Origin: Welwitschia mirabilis | Lineage: Eukaryota | NCBI GenBank assembly: GCA_051453625.1 | Contig: JBOZIK010000001.1 | Location: 22,119,455-22,183,454 of the forward strand | Direction of reading: 5' to 3' | Length of the DNA: 64,000 bases | Shown: piece by piece, positions 1 through 12,248 of the stretch | How the letters are laid out: every line of letters begins with the position of its first letter | Position numbering within the stretch: the first letter of the stretch is position 1 | Notes under the pieces: model-generated | Database searches by the model: none | Told to the model about the DNA's origin: nothing | What the model saw: only the letters and a program-made list of their open reading frames with translations | Position numbers and translations under genes: made by a program

Positions 1-59
1 AGCAGGATAAGAAAAAGTAATATGATCAAGATCTATGGGAATATGCACATTAAGAGATG

Positions 60-1230
60 CTATAATAGATTTGACTATCTCATCACCCTAGACACTATCG
101 ACTCTGGAATGTCTATAGTCACACTTTGCTAAATGAAGACAATGCACTAGCACATATCCACCATCTAATCCTCTGTGTGCTAGACTCTCCTCTCAATTGA
201 TGGGATCTGCTGCTCAACTCTCTGCTCGAAGAATAGAATCCGCTACTTAACTCTTTGCTTAAATATCTACAACCTATGATCAATAAATCCTTTAAGGCTC
301 TCAGTAGTATCAGCCAGAAGGGTGTGGATTTTCTCTAATGAAGCTCCAACTGTAGGTTTCTATGCATGAGGTCTTTCTGCCTCTTCTGGTATCTGTATAC
401 CCATATCCTATAAATAGCAAGTATAAGTCTAAATATGTGAGATACATCGCTCACTTATAGGCTTAAGTATCCCAAATCATCTAAACAAAGCTAAGAGGAG
501 GCATGAATAACTAAGTGTTTGTATATGTCATGTCTCAATTATAGACCTAAGTCTCTTCCAGATAAAGGTCGATAAATCCATTTGCTTCCCCTAATGGAAA
601 GTTACCAGAATCTGTAAATGTGTGACTATCATGGTATGATGAACTGATATTATGAATCAGTCCTCTGTGTAAAACTCTATATGCGGGGGTTAGCTAGGTA
701 ACATTTACCCCCCGTCGATCAGTGGTCATATCAATTGGAATGTCTAAAATGGTACCATAAGCTCGACCCTCCTCTGTCCCATTAGCTGAATAAATATGAA
801 ATCTCCTAAGTTCTCTAAGATCTATGATGATTACAATGTGAGATGAAAGGATAGCTATCTCATAGTCTCAAATGTATGCAACAATCATGTCCTGTAGCTA
901 ACCACAAGTGTCTGATCGCCTTTCTATATGCATGGTGTCATAGAACTCTCTTATCCTAAAAGCATAATATGCATCATGCGCATCTATGATCCATTTAAGC
1001 TATAACTATGTTAATCTATGATCAACCTCAGGCTCTATGCAGCTTATGAAATCTCCAAAATATCTCTCGACATGAATGCTAGCTGTCTGTATGCTCAATG
1101 ATCGTCCATGTCGAGGTGACGGGTGTATGGGCTTTGTATATTATATATTAGGCTCAATCAAAGGACCTATTACTTATCCTACAAAATAAACTGAAGCCTC
1201 TTTCTGACTATTTCTATGTGTATGTGGCCT
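60..1230 (-). pseudogene. Extra (env-like / Athila ORF1-like) ORF remnant of element A
   Basis: Reverse complement aligns by eye with 14060-15300 of element B (AGGCCACATACACATAG vs AGGCCACACACACATAG; AGAGAGTTCTAT = REFY in both). Located between pol and the expected 3' LTR. Confidence 0.6.
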
Positions 1231-4200
1231 ACTCAACAACAAACACTAAACTCATCATGTAAAAATAGATAAACAAGTCAAAAACGTTGCATGGATGCAC
1301 AATAATGACTTCTAAAATTGATAAAAACTATCAAAAACACTGAAAATATATCATAGCCTCCCCTCCCCCTTTTTCAAAATATGCAATGCATCCCAAATTA
1401 CCTAATCATGAGAAAAGAAATGGAGAAAAATGAAAAAAATCTGAACACTGTGNNNNNNNNNNNNNNNNNNNNNNNNNNNNNNNNNNNNNNNNNNNNNNNN
1501 NNNNNNNNNNNNNNNNNNNNNNNNNNNNNNNNNNNNNNNNNNNNNNNNNNNNNNNNNNNNNNNNNNNNNNNNNNNNNNNNNNNNNNNNNNNNNNNNNNNN
1601 NNNNNNNNNNNNNNNNNNNNNNNNNNNNNNNNNNNNNNNNNNNNNNNNNNNNNNNNNNNNNNNNNNNNNNNNNNNNNNNNNNNNNNNNNNNNNNNNNNNN
1701 NNNNNNNNNNNNNNNNNNNNNNNNNNNNNNNNNNNNNNNNNNNNNNNNNNNNNNNNNNNNNNNNNNNNNNNNNNNNNNNNNNNNNNNNNNNNNNNNNNNN
1801 NNNNNNNNNNNNNNNNNNNNNNNNNNNNNNNNNNNNNNNNNNNNNNNNNNNNNNNNNNNNNNNNNNNNNNNNNNNNNNNNNNNNNNNNNNNNNNNNNNNN
1901 NNNNNNNNNNNNNNNNNNNNNNNNNNNNNNNNNNNNNNNNNNNNNNNNNNNNNNNNNNNNNNNNNNNNNNNNNNNNNNNNNNNNNNNNNNNNNNNNNNNN
2001 NNNNNNNNNNNNNNNNNNNNNNNNNNNNNNNNNNNNNNNNNNNNNNNNNNNNNNNNNNNNNNNNNNNNNNNNNNNNNNNNNNNNNNNNNNNNNNNNNNNN
2101 NNNNNNNNNNNNNNNNNNNNNNNNNNNNNNNNNNNNNNNNNNNNNNNNNNNNNNNNNNNNNNNNNNNNNNNNNNNNNNNNNNNNNNNNNNNNNNNNNNNN
2201 NNNNNNNNNNNNNNNNNNNNNNNNNNNNNNNNNNNNNNNNNNNNNNNNNNNNNNNNAAAAATGGAAAAAATTTGAACACTGTGTATGTAATGGGCCCCAT
2301 AAGAAGTGAAAAATCAAAGTACTCAAATGAAAAATCTAATTTAGTAAAGTCATAGATCATATCGTACTGATCAATTTTGCCTAAAGGACCACTATGATTC
2401 GATTTACAGTTTGTGAGAAGACAAGTGTAAAAAGTTAAAACCTGAAAATACCTTATAATATGCAAAAGTGATCATAACCCAAAAAATACGCAGTGAAATT
2501 TAAATCCGTAAGTTCAAAAATGAAGAGCACAACAAACTAATTGATATACATCAAAACTACATATCAAAAAGTTGAAAAATGAAAGAAAAAAATGAAAAAT
2601 TAAGAGGAGAGAGAAACATACCTCATTTTTGCGAATTTGAAGAAATGTTGCAACTCTGGCAATGAAATCAGGCAGGAAAAGTTCTAAAATGCTGGTACTA
2701 GCCAGAGGGGTTATCATATCTTAAAAGAACAAAGGAAAACTTCAAGAAAATGAGTGAAAATGAGGAGAAAAGGGTTTGGGTAGTGCTTTTATCGCACTAT
2801 CATCCAGTCGCGTCATCCAGACAACAACCCTAAGACGACTGATAGTAAAAATTAGACTATCGTCTGCCATTGTATCATCTAGATGATAATGGGGATGATA
2901 GAGGAAAAATAATTTCTTAGAAAAAATTGTCAGCACAAGAAAGTTAGGCTCAAATAGGATCATTGAAGTGATTATTCTAAAAAGGAAAAAGACAAAATCT
3001 TAAAAAGCACATAAAAAGCATAAGAAAAATAGGGAAAAAATCAAAGAAAGAAGGATAGGAACACATAAAATGAAAAACTATGGCTAAAGAAAATAGAATA
3101 TCTAGGTTGAAAACCTGCAATAAGAACTGGATAAATGTGCCCAAACAAAAAAAATAATAGCATGATAGACTTAGAATTCAATAATCTACAAGGAAACTCA
3201 TGAAGATTATGGAAAAGATGATCTTTTAAAAATTGTTTTTATGAAAATTTATTTTCAGAAAAAATGATTGATAGCAAGAAAACTACTAAATGATTAAGGT
3301 CCTAAAAAGTCCTAAAAATAGATAAGAAAATGCAAAAATGACTTTGAAATAATAGAATCAAAAACTAAAGAAAACTAGAGTGAAAATAGACATAGGGAAC
3401 AAGGAGAAGATTGTTTACCTATCCTAAGTACTAACTTAGCAAACTCTTAAGGAAAACATTATAACATCACTTGAGTAAATATGCATGAAAAAAATGTATT
3501 AACTCCATGCAGTTCATTAAAAAAGGTAGTAGTTATGACGATATTCAAAGTTTCAAGTATGTAGAACAATAAATGTCAAAATCAAAAGTTACTTAGAAAT
3601 GCACTCACCTGCTTCCACCTCACAAACTCACTGAAATATCCAAAAGTGAAATGAACAAGTGGGAATACTAAGAGTCTAGAAAACAAGCAATGCCTTTAAT
3701 AAGACCAGGAATATCACTGGTCACTAACCTCAAAGTATTTATTCTTTTGTCATGATGAGAGGAGTGAAATCACTATCAAAGGAGTAAGGACCCACGAAGC
3801 ATGCCCAACTGACTCCCTAGTGGAGTTCTCACAACTATCATATTACACTGCCAAAGGCTTCGCTCGGAAATATTTGCCTTGGTGTAATTGCAGTAGGACA
3901 TCATGGTGATTATGTTTTTGAGATAGAATAAATAGAAAACATCATGGAGTTTATTNNNNNNNNNNNNNNNNNNNNNNNNNNNNNNNNNNNNNNNNNNNNN
4001 NNNNNNNNNNNNNNNNNNNNNNNNNNNNNNNNNNNNNNNNNNNNNNNNNNNNNNNNNNNNNNNNNNNNNNNNNNNNNNNNNNNNNNNNNNNNNNNNNNNN
4101 NNNNNNNNNNNNNNNNNNNNNNNNNNNNNNNNNNNNNNNNNNNNNNNNNNNNNNNNNNNNNNNNNNNNNNNNNNNNNNNNNNNNNNNNNNNNNNNNNNNN

Positions 4201-4746
4201 NNNNNNNNNNNNNNNNNNNNNNNNNNNNNNNNNNNNNNNNNNNNNNNNNNNNNNNNNNNNNNNNNNNNNNNNNNNNNNNNNNNNNNNNNNNNNNNNNNNN
4301 NNNNNNNNNNNNNNNNNNNNNNNNNNNNNNNNNNNNNNNNNNNNNNNNNNNNNNNNNNNNNNTTGAGATATAATAAATATAAAACATCTTGGAGTTTATT
4401 TTATAATCTCTCTTTTCTTTTTTTTTTTAAGACCAAAATTTCCACATGATCATACACTCACAAAAAATAAAGGTGAATAAGTGAGATAAAAGATAAAAAA
4501 GAACACTCCCAAACAACATAAGATTTAAAAACCATTGAAAAAACACAAGAAACTAAGGCATCTTCCTTTAAATAAAGTCTATAGACATGGGAATGTCTCA
4601 AGATTGGGTGAATGCAATCTTACCGCTTGTAAATGCCCAAGTATAAAACAAATCATGATACTTTACAAAGTAATACATAAGTCAAGTTTGAAAGATGATC
4701 AAGTAAAATCATGATATTTAACCAAAGGAGTAAGCTAAGTAAGAAC

Positions 4747-7700
4747 TTAGACAATAATAGGAAGGAAGTCCTTCTCACTGAGGGGAATCTCCAAAATAAA
4801 TGTTTCTACCATGTTCACAGTTGCATCTAAAGATCCATCATATAATTTCAACCGTTGCCTATGAATCTTCTAAATTTCTTTATTTTCCAAATCTAAAATC
4901 TTAACTAAATCATTAAAATGCACTTTCTTTACAAGATAAGGATCTAACCATTTAGAGATCAACGTGTTATTCAAAAGGTGAACTCTCATGTTATACAATA
5001 AAATAAGTGGACTAGGTTCAAACTTTTTATGAGAAATCCTTTTATCATGTTTGAACTTTGCTTAGGCTATATGAATTAATTAAGGATGTATGGCAATGGT
5101 TATTTTTTCGTCAAGATGTTCTAATTGGGCTAATCTATACTTAAGATTTTTATCAAGATATATAAGATTTAGTTGATGAGATGTACAATAAGTATTGTAA
5201 TATACATCAACCGGTAAGACACAAACTTTACTATAAATAATTTCGTAATGTAAGAAACCAAGAGAAGTACGTCAAGTAGTATAGTAGGCACAAAGTATGT
5301 CTTTAAGCTTAGAAGACCAAGTATTTTTGTTAATAAAGACAAGTTTTTAAAGCATTTTATTTTTCTTTTAGTATTTTCAGCTTGTCCATTTGTCTAAGGA
5401 TGATAATATAAGCTATACTATGTTCAATACCAATGGATAGAAGAAGTTTTTTAAAAAGTGAATTTATGAAATGAGTACCCTAATTACTAATGATAACTCT
5501 AAGAAAACCAAACCTCTAAAAAATATAAGATCTAAAAAAATGATAGAAAGTTCGGGCATCATTCAAAAAAGTAGGTATGGCTTTAACTCATTTAGTTATG
5601 TAATTAATAGCCACTAAAATGTAATTTTTATTGAAAGAAGATGGGTGAATAGGGCCCATAAAATCAATACCCCAACAATCAAGAGGCTCACACTCAAGAA
5701 TAGGTCTAAGGGGCATTTCTTGTAAATGAACAAGACTATTAAAATGCTGACAGGAATTACACCTTCTAACAAAATCAAATGAATCATGAAAAAGAGAAGG
5801 CCAGTAAAAACCAAAATGAAGGATTTTCATGGTAGTTTTATGTCCACTAAAATTTTCTCTACAAATATTACTATGAGAAAGATGAAGAATCTCAAGTATT
5901 TACCAATTGGGCATACATTTTCTCATAATCTGGTCTTTGCATCTACGGTACAAATGTGCCTTGATTCACTCATAGTTACCTATATGATGAAGAAAAGATT
6001 TACATTTGTGATAGGCTAATGTTGTAGTGTTTTCATAGTTACAAGTATTTGACAATGTTAGCATACCATGGAGGAGGATGAAAAGAAAAAACAATGAAAA
6101 GCTACTCATCAAGAAAGGAATCATTAATGAGAATGTTATCTGGAGGAGAAGAAAGTTAAGACAAATGATTGGCCATAGAATTATGCTTCCCTACTTTATC
6201 TATAATGGTCAAATTGAATTCTTGCATAAGAAGGATCCATCTAATCAAATAGGCACTAGAATCGTTCTTGGTCATGAGGTAATAAATGACAACATGGTCA
6301 GTATAAAAATTCATGTGAAAGCCTAAAAAATAGTATCTAAGAAAATCCAAGCAAAAGATAATGGCAAGCATTTCTTTTTTCTATAATGGTATAATTCATC
6401 TGAGCTTTAGACAATGACTTGCTATGATAAGATATAACTTTAAAATCATTCTGATAATGGTAAAGAACCCCGCCCATGGCAAAGTTACTAGCATCACAGA
6501 TAAGCTCAAAGTTAAGTATCCAATTAGGTCCTGTTACTATAGTAGCATAAGATAATCTACATTTAAGCCTATCAAAAGCAAATTGGCAAGATTCATTCCA
6601 TTATAATTTGGCATCTTTCCCTAGTAACAAGTGAAGGGGTTTATAAATAGAAGCATAATCACGAATGAACCAATAGTAAAAACCACAATAATCAAGAAAA
6701 TATTGGACCTGTTTAACATTTGTAGGGGGACTAAGATTTTGAAAAATACTAACTTTAGAAACATCCATTTTAATCCCCTTCTGAAAAAAATGATAACCTA
6801 AAATAATGCCACTCTCTATAAGAAAATGACTCTTTTTCTAACTTAAACAGAAGCCACGAGAAATGCATTGATCTAAGACTTTCTTTAAACTATCTAAGAT
6901 TTGTTTAAAAGTTTCAGCATAGATAGAGAAGTCGTTCCTAAAAATCTCAATGGAAACCTCAATCATATCAGAAAAGATATCCATCATAGCACACTAAAAA
7001 GTACTGAGAGCATTGCAAAGTTTAAAAGGCATGTATCTAAAAGCAAAGATACCAAAATAAGAAGTGAAGGTAGATTTAGCTTGGTTCTCAATAGCAATGC
7101 AAACTTAATTGTAACCACTATAACCATCAAGGAAACAGTAAAAAGAATGACCATAAATCCTATCAATAATTTAATTGAGAAAAGGCAAAGAATAGTGGTC
7201 TTTTTGATTAATTATTTAGTTTTCGGAAATTTATGCACATACATCATTTTCCCATCCTTTTTAGGTACTATTGTCAAGGGGCTAACCCACTCACTATTAG
7301 CAATGGAGTAAATGATTCCAGCATTTATAAGTTTTATGATTTCATCTTTTACAATTTGCTTTAGGACTGGATTAAGTCTACATTGGGGTTGCCTTTTAGG
7401 TTTAGCATTTTCTTTGAGGTAGATTTTGTGGTGCATAATGAAAGTAGGTATGGATGATAGATCATTATGGGACCAAGCAAACACATGAATCTTTGATTCT
7501 AAAAGAGAAATGAGATTGGATTCTTATTGAGGTAAAAGGTTTTTTATTGATAATCAATGGTTTATTTAGATCTCTATTCAGAAAAATGTACTTCAATTCA
7601 CTATCTAAATGTTTCATGTTTAGGTTTAGGTTTAGATTTTTAGTTTTTAAAAAATTTCTCAAAAAAGTTGACTGTCATCTCAGACTATCATCCAGACATC

Positions 7701-10200
7701 AGAAGTGGACGACTGACTAGATTAGAAAACACAGTTGACAAATGGTCAAACTCAAGTTGATCGTTAAGCATATAAAAGTAGTCTACTTTTAATTTATCAT
7801 CACAAGATTGACTCACGAAGCATGGATCATCTCTCTTTAAGTGGACGGTGCTATAAAAACAAGGTTAGTTTTATTTCTTCTTCTAAACTTAAGTCATTGT
7901 CTAAATTTTTTTTGGCTGCATCAAACACTCTTATTGAAAATTATTTGTTTTTAAAATGTCATTTCATTAATCCGATTCTTATGTCTATTATGCAATAGGC
8001 TGTTGCATAGAAAGCTCTACCTAGAAGTAGGGGATATCTACTATGTTGATCAACTTCTAAAATAACTACATAGATAGGGTAGAAGGCTTCCTTTATTTGA
8101 ATAACCAATTCCTTGATCATATCTAATGGTTTCTTTATGGATGTATCGGCTAACCCCAAGATAATATGTGTAGGTTCTACTCTTTCTTCCAACCCAAGAT
8201 GTTGACAAATGTGTAAGGGCATAATGTTGACATTAGCTCTTATATCAATTAAGGCTTTCTTTATTCTATGGTTTTCCTNNNNNNNNNNNNNNNNNNNNNN
8301 NNNNNNNNNNNNNNNNNNNNNNNNNNNNNNNNNNNNNNNNNNNNNNNNNNNNNNNNNNNNNNNNNNNNNNNNNNNNNNTTCCTCTAAACTTATACTAATA
8401 GTTGCCACCCTTGGATATTTAAACTTTGAACATTTTTTATATACCAAGTTGCTAACGGATTGAGCTAGGAAGACTTTACTAGAGATGGTTCATTTTTATT
8501 TCCTTCTTATTAGGTATTTCCATAGCTTAGAGTATCTTGAATTTTCTTATAAAAGTTTCCAAAAAGGTAAGTTGATGGTTATGTTTTACATTAAAGCTTT
8601 GAAATGATCATCAAATATGGAGTTTGTTGTTAGCCTATCTAACCATGAGGTGTAGGTGTCTTTTGTGAAGGATCTTTCTTTTGTTGTTAAGTGAGGAAGG
8701 AAAGGAATGGTTTTCTAAGATTTCTATGTCTTCTTACTTATCATTTTTATCACTTTGGAAAGTTGAAGCCTTATGAGTAGGAAGAGTTGTGTCAATTTCA
8801 CTTCTTATCACTACCTTACAATCCTTTTTCACTTCATTAGGGTTCAGTAAGGGTTGAGTCGTAAGAGACCTTTATGGTCTTTGATTAGCAAGCATAGTTT
8901 TTTGTAAAATACTCACAAGATTTTTTATGTTGGCATCTATCTTTTCTTGAGTTTTTCTCAACTCTTCAATAGAATTCCTAAGAGGATCACTATAGTTTTA
9001 GGAGTTGGAAGGGTCTTCTAAGTTGTTTGAGCTATTTAATTGAAAGTTTGAATGTTCAAATCTATTTCTGAAAGGTTGGAAATTAGGATGATTTGTTTGA
9101 AAATTTCTAGGATTTGGTTGTCACTCATCCTATTTTGAAAGTTGTGATTTTGGCCTTGTCTTTGGTTGTGGTTTTACATGTAGTTGGAAGATCTTTGGTA
9201 AGGGCATAAAATTCCTCATATATTTTCTCTTTATAAGTAGGAAGTAAAAGAAAATATTTTGTGATATGGTAACTATCTTCACACAAATTACATGTTAAAA
9301 CAATAACTTTACTCTTCTCGGTTGCCACTTTAGCATCAAGGATCATTTGGGTGTATTTCTCTAAGGTAGAAGTGAAATCCTTAATAATACTAGTTGGTTT
9401 ATTTTCTATTTTTTTTCAGTTTTCTCATGTTTGACTTCTTTTAAGTCCTTAATGATTTAACTTACTATTCAATATTCTCTAAAGGAGGGTTTAGGCTAGG
9501 TTTGACTTACTTCCACTAAATCTTCCAATACTTTCCAAGCATCTTCTAAGTTTTGATTTAACAGGTTACCTCTATAAGAAAAATCTACAAGTTGTTTGGT
9601 ATGACTATTTAACCCACTATAACAATAGTCAACTAGCTTTACCTCTAAAAAGGAATCTATGAGGTTTGAATTTAAAGCAACAAAGAATCGTTTATAAGTA
9701 AAGGTATACTCTTTGTTAAGTAATTGTTGGAAGTTGGTAACTTCTTTCTTATGTTTCCGGATGGTGGTTTCACTCATGAATTTCTTTATGAAGGCTTCTT
9801 AAACTTGACTCTAAGTTTCAAGATCTTTATGGAAAATCATTCTAAGCTAAAGTTTTGCTTTATTTCTCAAGGTGATGGGAAAGATAACCGTATAGGTTCT
9901 ATGAATTATTCATTTTTTACCATCTTCGAAAGTAAGAATAAGTTGTTTAATCTGGGCAATATGTTGTAAAGAATCTTCATTAGGTTCTCCACTAAAGGTA
10001 AGATAAGCATGTAAGTTTCAAAGTTCTACATTATCATCAGGAGATAAGTCAAAAGGAGTTTGGATTTCACATTTTTTATTTGCTACAAGATCTCTCAAAG
10101 TAACATGAGTATTGGGTTAAGAAGGAGTATAAGTAGGGGTTCTAATGAAAAGGGTTAGATTTAGAGAGATAAGTTGTTTAATTTTTTGTTTTGAGGTCAA
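4747..10200 (-). pseudogene. gag-pol pseudogene of element A
   Basis: Gag LVDYCYSGLNSHTKQLVD (9496-9777); protease KALIDIRANVNIMPL (7959-8447); RT EWVSPLTIVPKKDG (7212-7484) and decayed IEIFRNDFSIY (~6920-6950); RNase H FYTDHV...WILLMQEFNLTIIDKVG..NSMANHLS (6156-6371); integrase GFYWPSLF..CNSCQ...CWGIDFMGP (5588-5830), ending QRLKLY...LPIIV* at ~4747. Confidence 0.9.
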
Positions 10201-11138
10201 CATAGGAAAATTAGACTCTGTAGAATTAAAAGCAGAAATTATAGAAAATTCAAAATCTTGCGTACCTTTGCTGATTTGACCTATTTCTATTTCAAGATTT
10301 ATCAAACCTTTTCTAATGTTTTCAGTAATTAACGGCTGCTCTCTTTGGTATTTTTTTCTTTTTGCTAGACTTAACCATTCATACTCTATTTTTAATTTGT
10401 AAAAGTGCCATCTCATTCATCATCTGGACAATATCCTAGATGACAGAAATATAGAAATCACAAGAAAAGGAAAAGGANNNNNNNNNNNNNNNNNNNNNNN
10501 NNNNNNNNNNNNNNNNNNNNNNNNNNNNNNNNNNNNNNNNNNNNNNNNNNNNNNNNNNNNNNNNNNNNNNNNNNNNNNNNNNNNNNNNNNNNNNNNNNNN
10601 NNNNNNNNNNNNNNNNNNNNNNNNNNNNNNNNNNNNNNNNNNNNNNNNNNNNNNNNNNNNNNNNNNNNNNNNNNNNNNNNNNNNNNNNNNNNNNNNNNNN
10701 NNNNNNNNNNNNNNNNNNNNNNNNNNNNNNNNNNNNNNNNNNNNNNNNNNNNNNNNNNNNNNNNNNNNNNNNNNNNNNNNNNNNNNNNNNNNNNNNNNNN
10801 NNNNNNNNNNNNNNNNNNNNNNNNNNNNNNNNNNNNNNNNNNNNNNNNNNNNNNNNNNNNNNNNNNNNNNNNNNNNNNNNNNNNNNNNNNNNNNNNNNNN
10901 NNNAAAAAACCGGTTTTTTGATACAAAAAGCAGATGATCATCCACCTGTGCCATCTGGACAATAGAGTGGACGACATACTTTTATTATAGAACAAAAAAA
11001 GATACTTTAATTTAAAAAATAGAAAACTACCTCTACAAAAATGAGAAACCTATGCTACTAGAAGTACTATTACACTACTGCAGCAACAAGCATCCAAGTC
11101 GAAATACTTACGATAACTCTTGAACTCTAAGTAGCCTT

Positions 11139-11155
11139 CCTTGGCAATGATGCCA
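11139..11155 (-). promoter_or_regulatory. Primer-binding site of element A (tRNA-Asp type)
   Basis: - strand TGGCATCATTGCCAAGG, 3 nt from the LTR end. Differs from the Athila PBS TGGCGCCGTTGCCGGGG only by C>T/G>A changes. Confidence 0.8.
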
Positions 11156-11158
11156 AGA

Positions 11159-12248
11159 TGTTGCAGTGCATATTTATCCAATGTTTACATCCTAATTAGA
11201 ATCCTATTAACTATAAATAATATGCACAAACATAACACACTAATATAGACGGGAGTGACCTAAATGTCGTAATTCATTGAAAGCCAAAATATAGAAATAA
11301 GAGAGTTGCTTTCAAGAAGAAAAAATACTGTAATCCTAAATTATAGAAATACCTTGCAATGCATGAAAAATGAAATAAAACACACTTGTACAAGATTAAT
11401 CTAAAAAAGGAAATAACAATGCACCTAAACTAATCAAGCATAACCTTGACAAAGGTTTTCCTCATAATCTATATCACAAGAGAAGCTATCACTAAATCTC
11501 AAGCAACATAAACTATGAAGGAGAATATCATTTATATATTAAACATAAAAGAAATGTTTTATATTAAAAGCCACACCACAACTATATTATAATGTAGCTA
11601 CACCTTAATAAAGGAAACACTACCCAATACCAAGGAAACATCTCTCTGAAATTACACAATGGTTCTCCAGTCTCTCGGTCTCCTGTTATCAGTATGTTGG
11701 ATACAATTGAAGATGATCAAGATTTGAGGAGGATATCTCTAGTTATTAACTCAAAACATGAAATAAAACTTGACAGAAAGGCACAGTGAAAACTCTAACC
11801 ACCATGCAAAGAGAAAATTAGAATAAGTAACGAAGGTTTAGGTGAACATTTAATGTGGGTGTTGTAATCAGTATCGTCCAGCTAGTCATCAAGATGATAA
11901 AAAAGACATTGACAACTCATAGTTAATTCCTCATCTGCTACCAATTTGACTACCTGTTAGACCTGTCATCATGCAGTGGTGTGCTTGTCCATCATTTCAT
12001 CTAGATGATGGCCTTTCAATGGATATTTAATTAATGCATTAGCCTTGTTGTTTACAAGAAATTATCATCCAAAATACCAATTATTCATATTTACTTAGAA
12101 TGCTTTATAATTTATCTAGAAAATTGCATATTTCTATTCTTTTTATCTTACTTCTCCATTATCATGAAAACTAAGCATTTATCTACCAATTTATCTGCAA
12201 AACAACTCAGAATATCTTATCAAATATATGTGAGTTGGCAACGTAACA
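11159..12248 (-). repeat. 5' LTR of element A
   Basis: TG...CA termini (TGTTGCAGTGCATAT ... GGCAACGTAACA). Both ends match the inverted LTR at 15836-17090. Confidence 0.85.

Larger units (their letters stand above)
1..12248 (-). mobile_element. Element A: Athila-like Ty3/gypsy LTR retrotransposon, degenerate; 3' end runs off the left edge
   Basis: On - strand: LTR, tRNA-Asp-type PBS, gag, protease, RT, RNase H, integrase (gypsy order), long 3' non-coding region, then an extra ORF. Many stops and frameshifts. Confidence 0.92.

Noticed and set aside
1381..2465. Long ORFs in the supplied track (also 3776-4387, 10420-10995, 33958-34752, 36592-37309)
   Set aside because: They consist almost entirely of X from N-runs and are artefacts of assembly gaps.
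3751..3812. C/D-box snoRNA-like ATGATGA...CTGA
   Set aside because: Antisense to the element, the D box is absent in two of four copies, and there is no recognisable guide or terminal stem.
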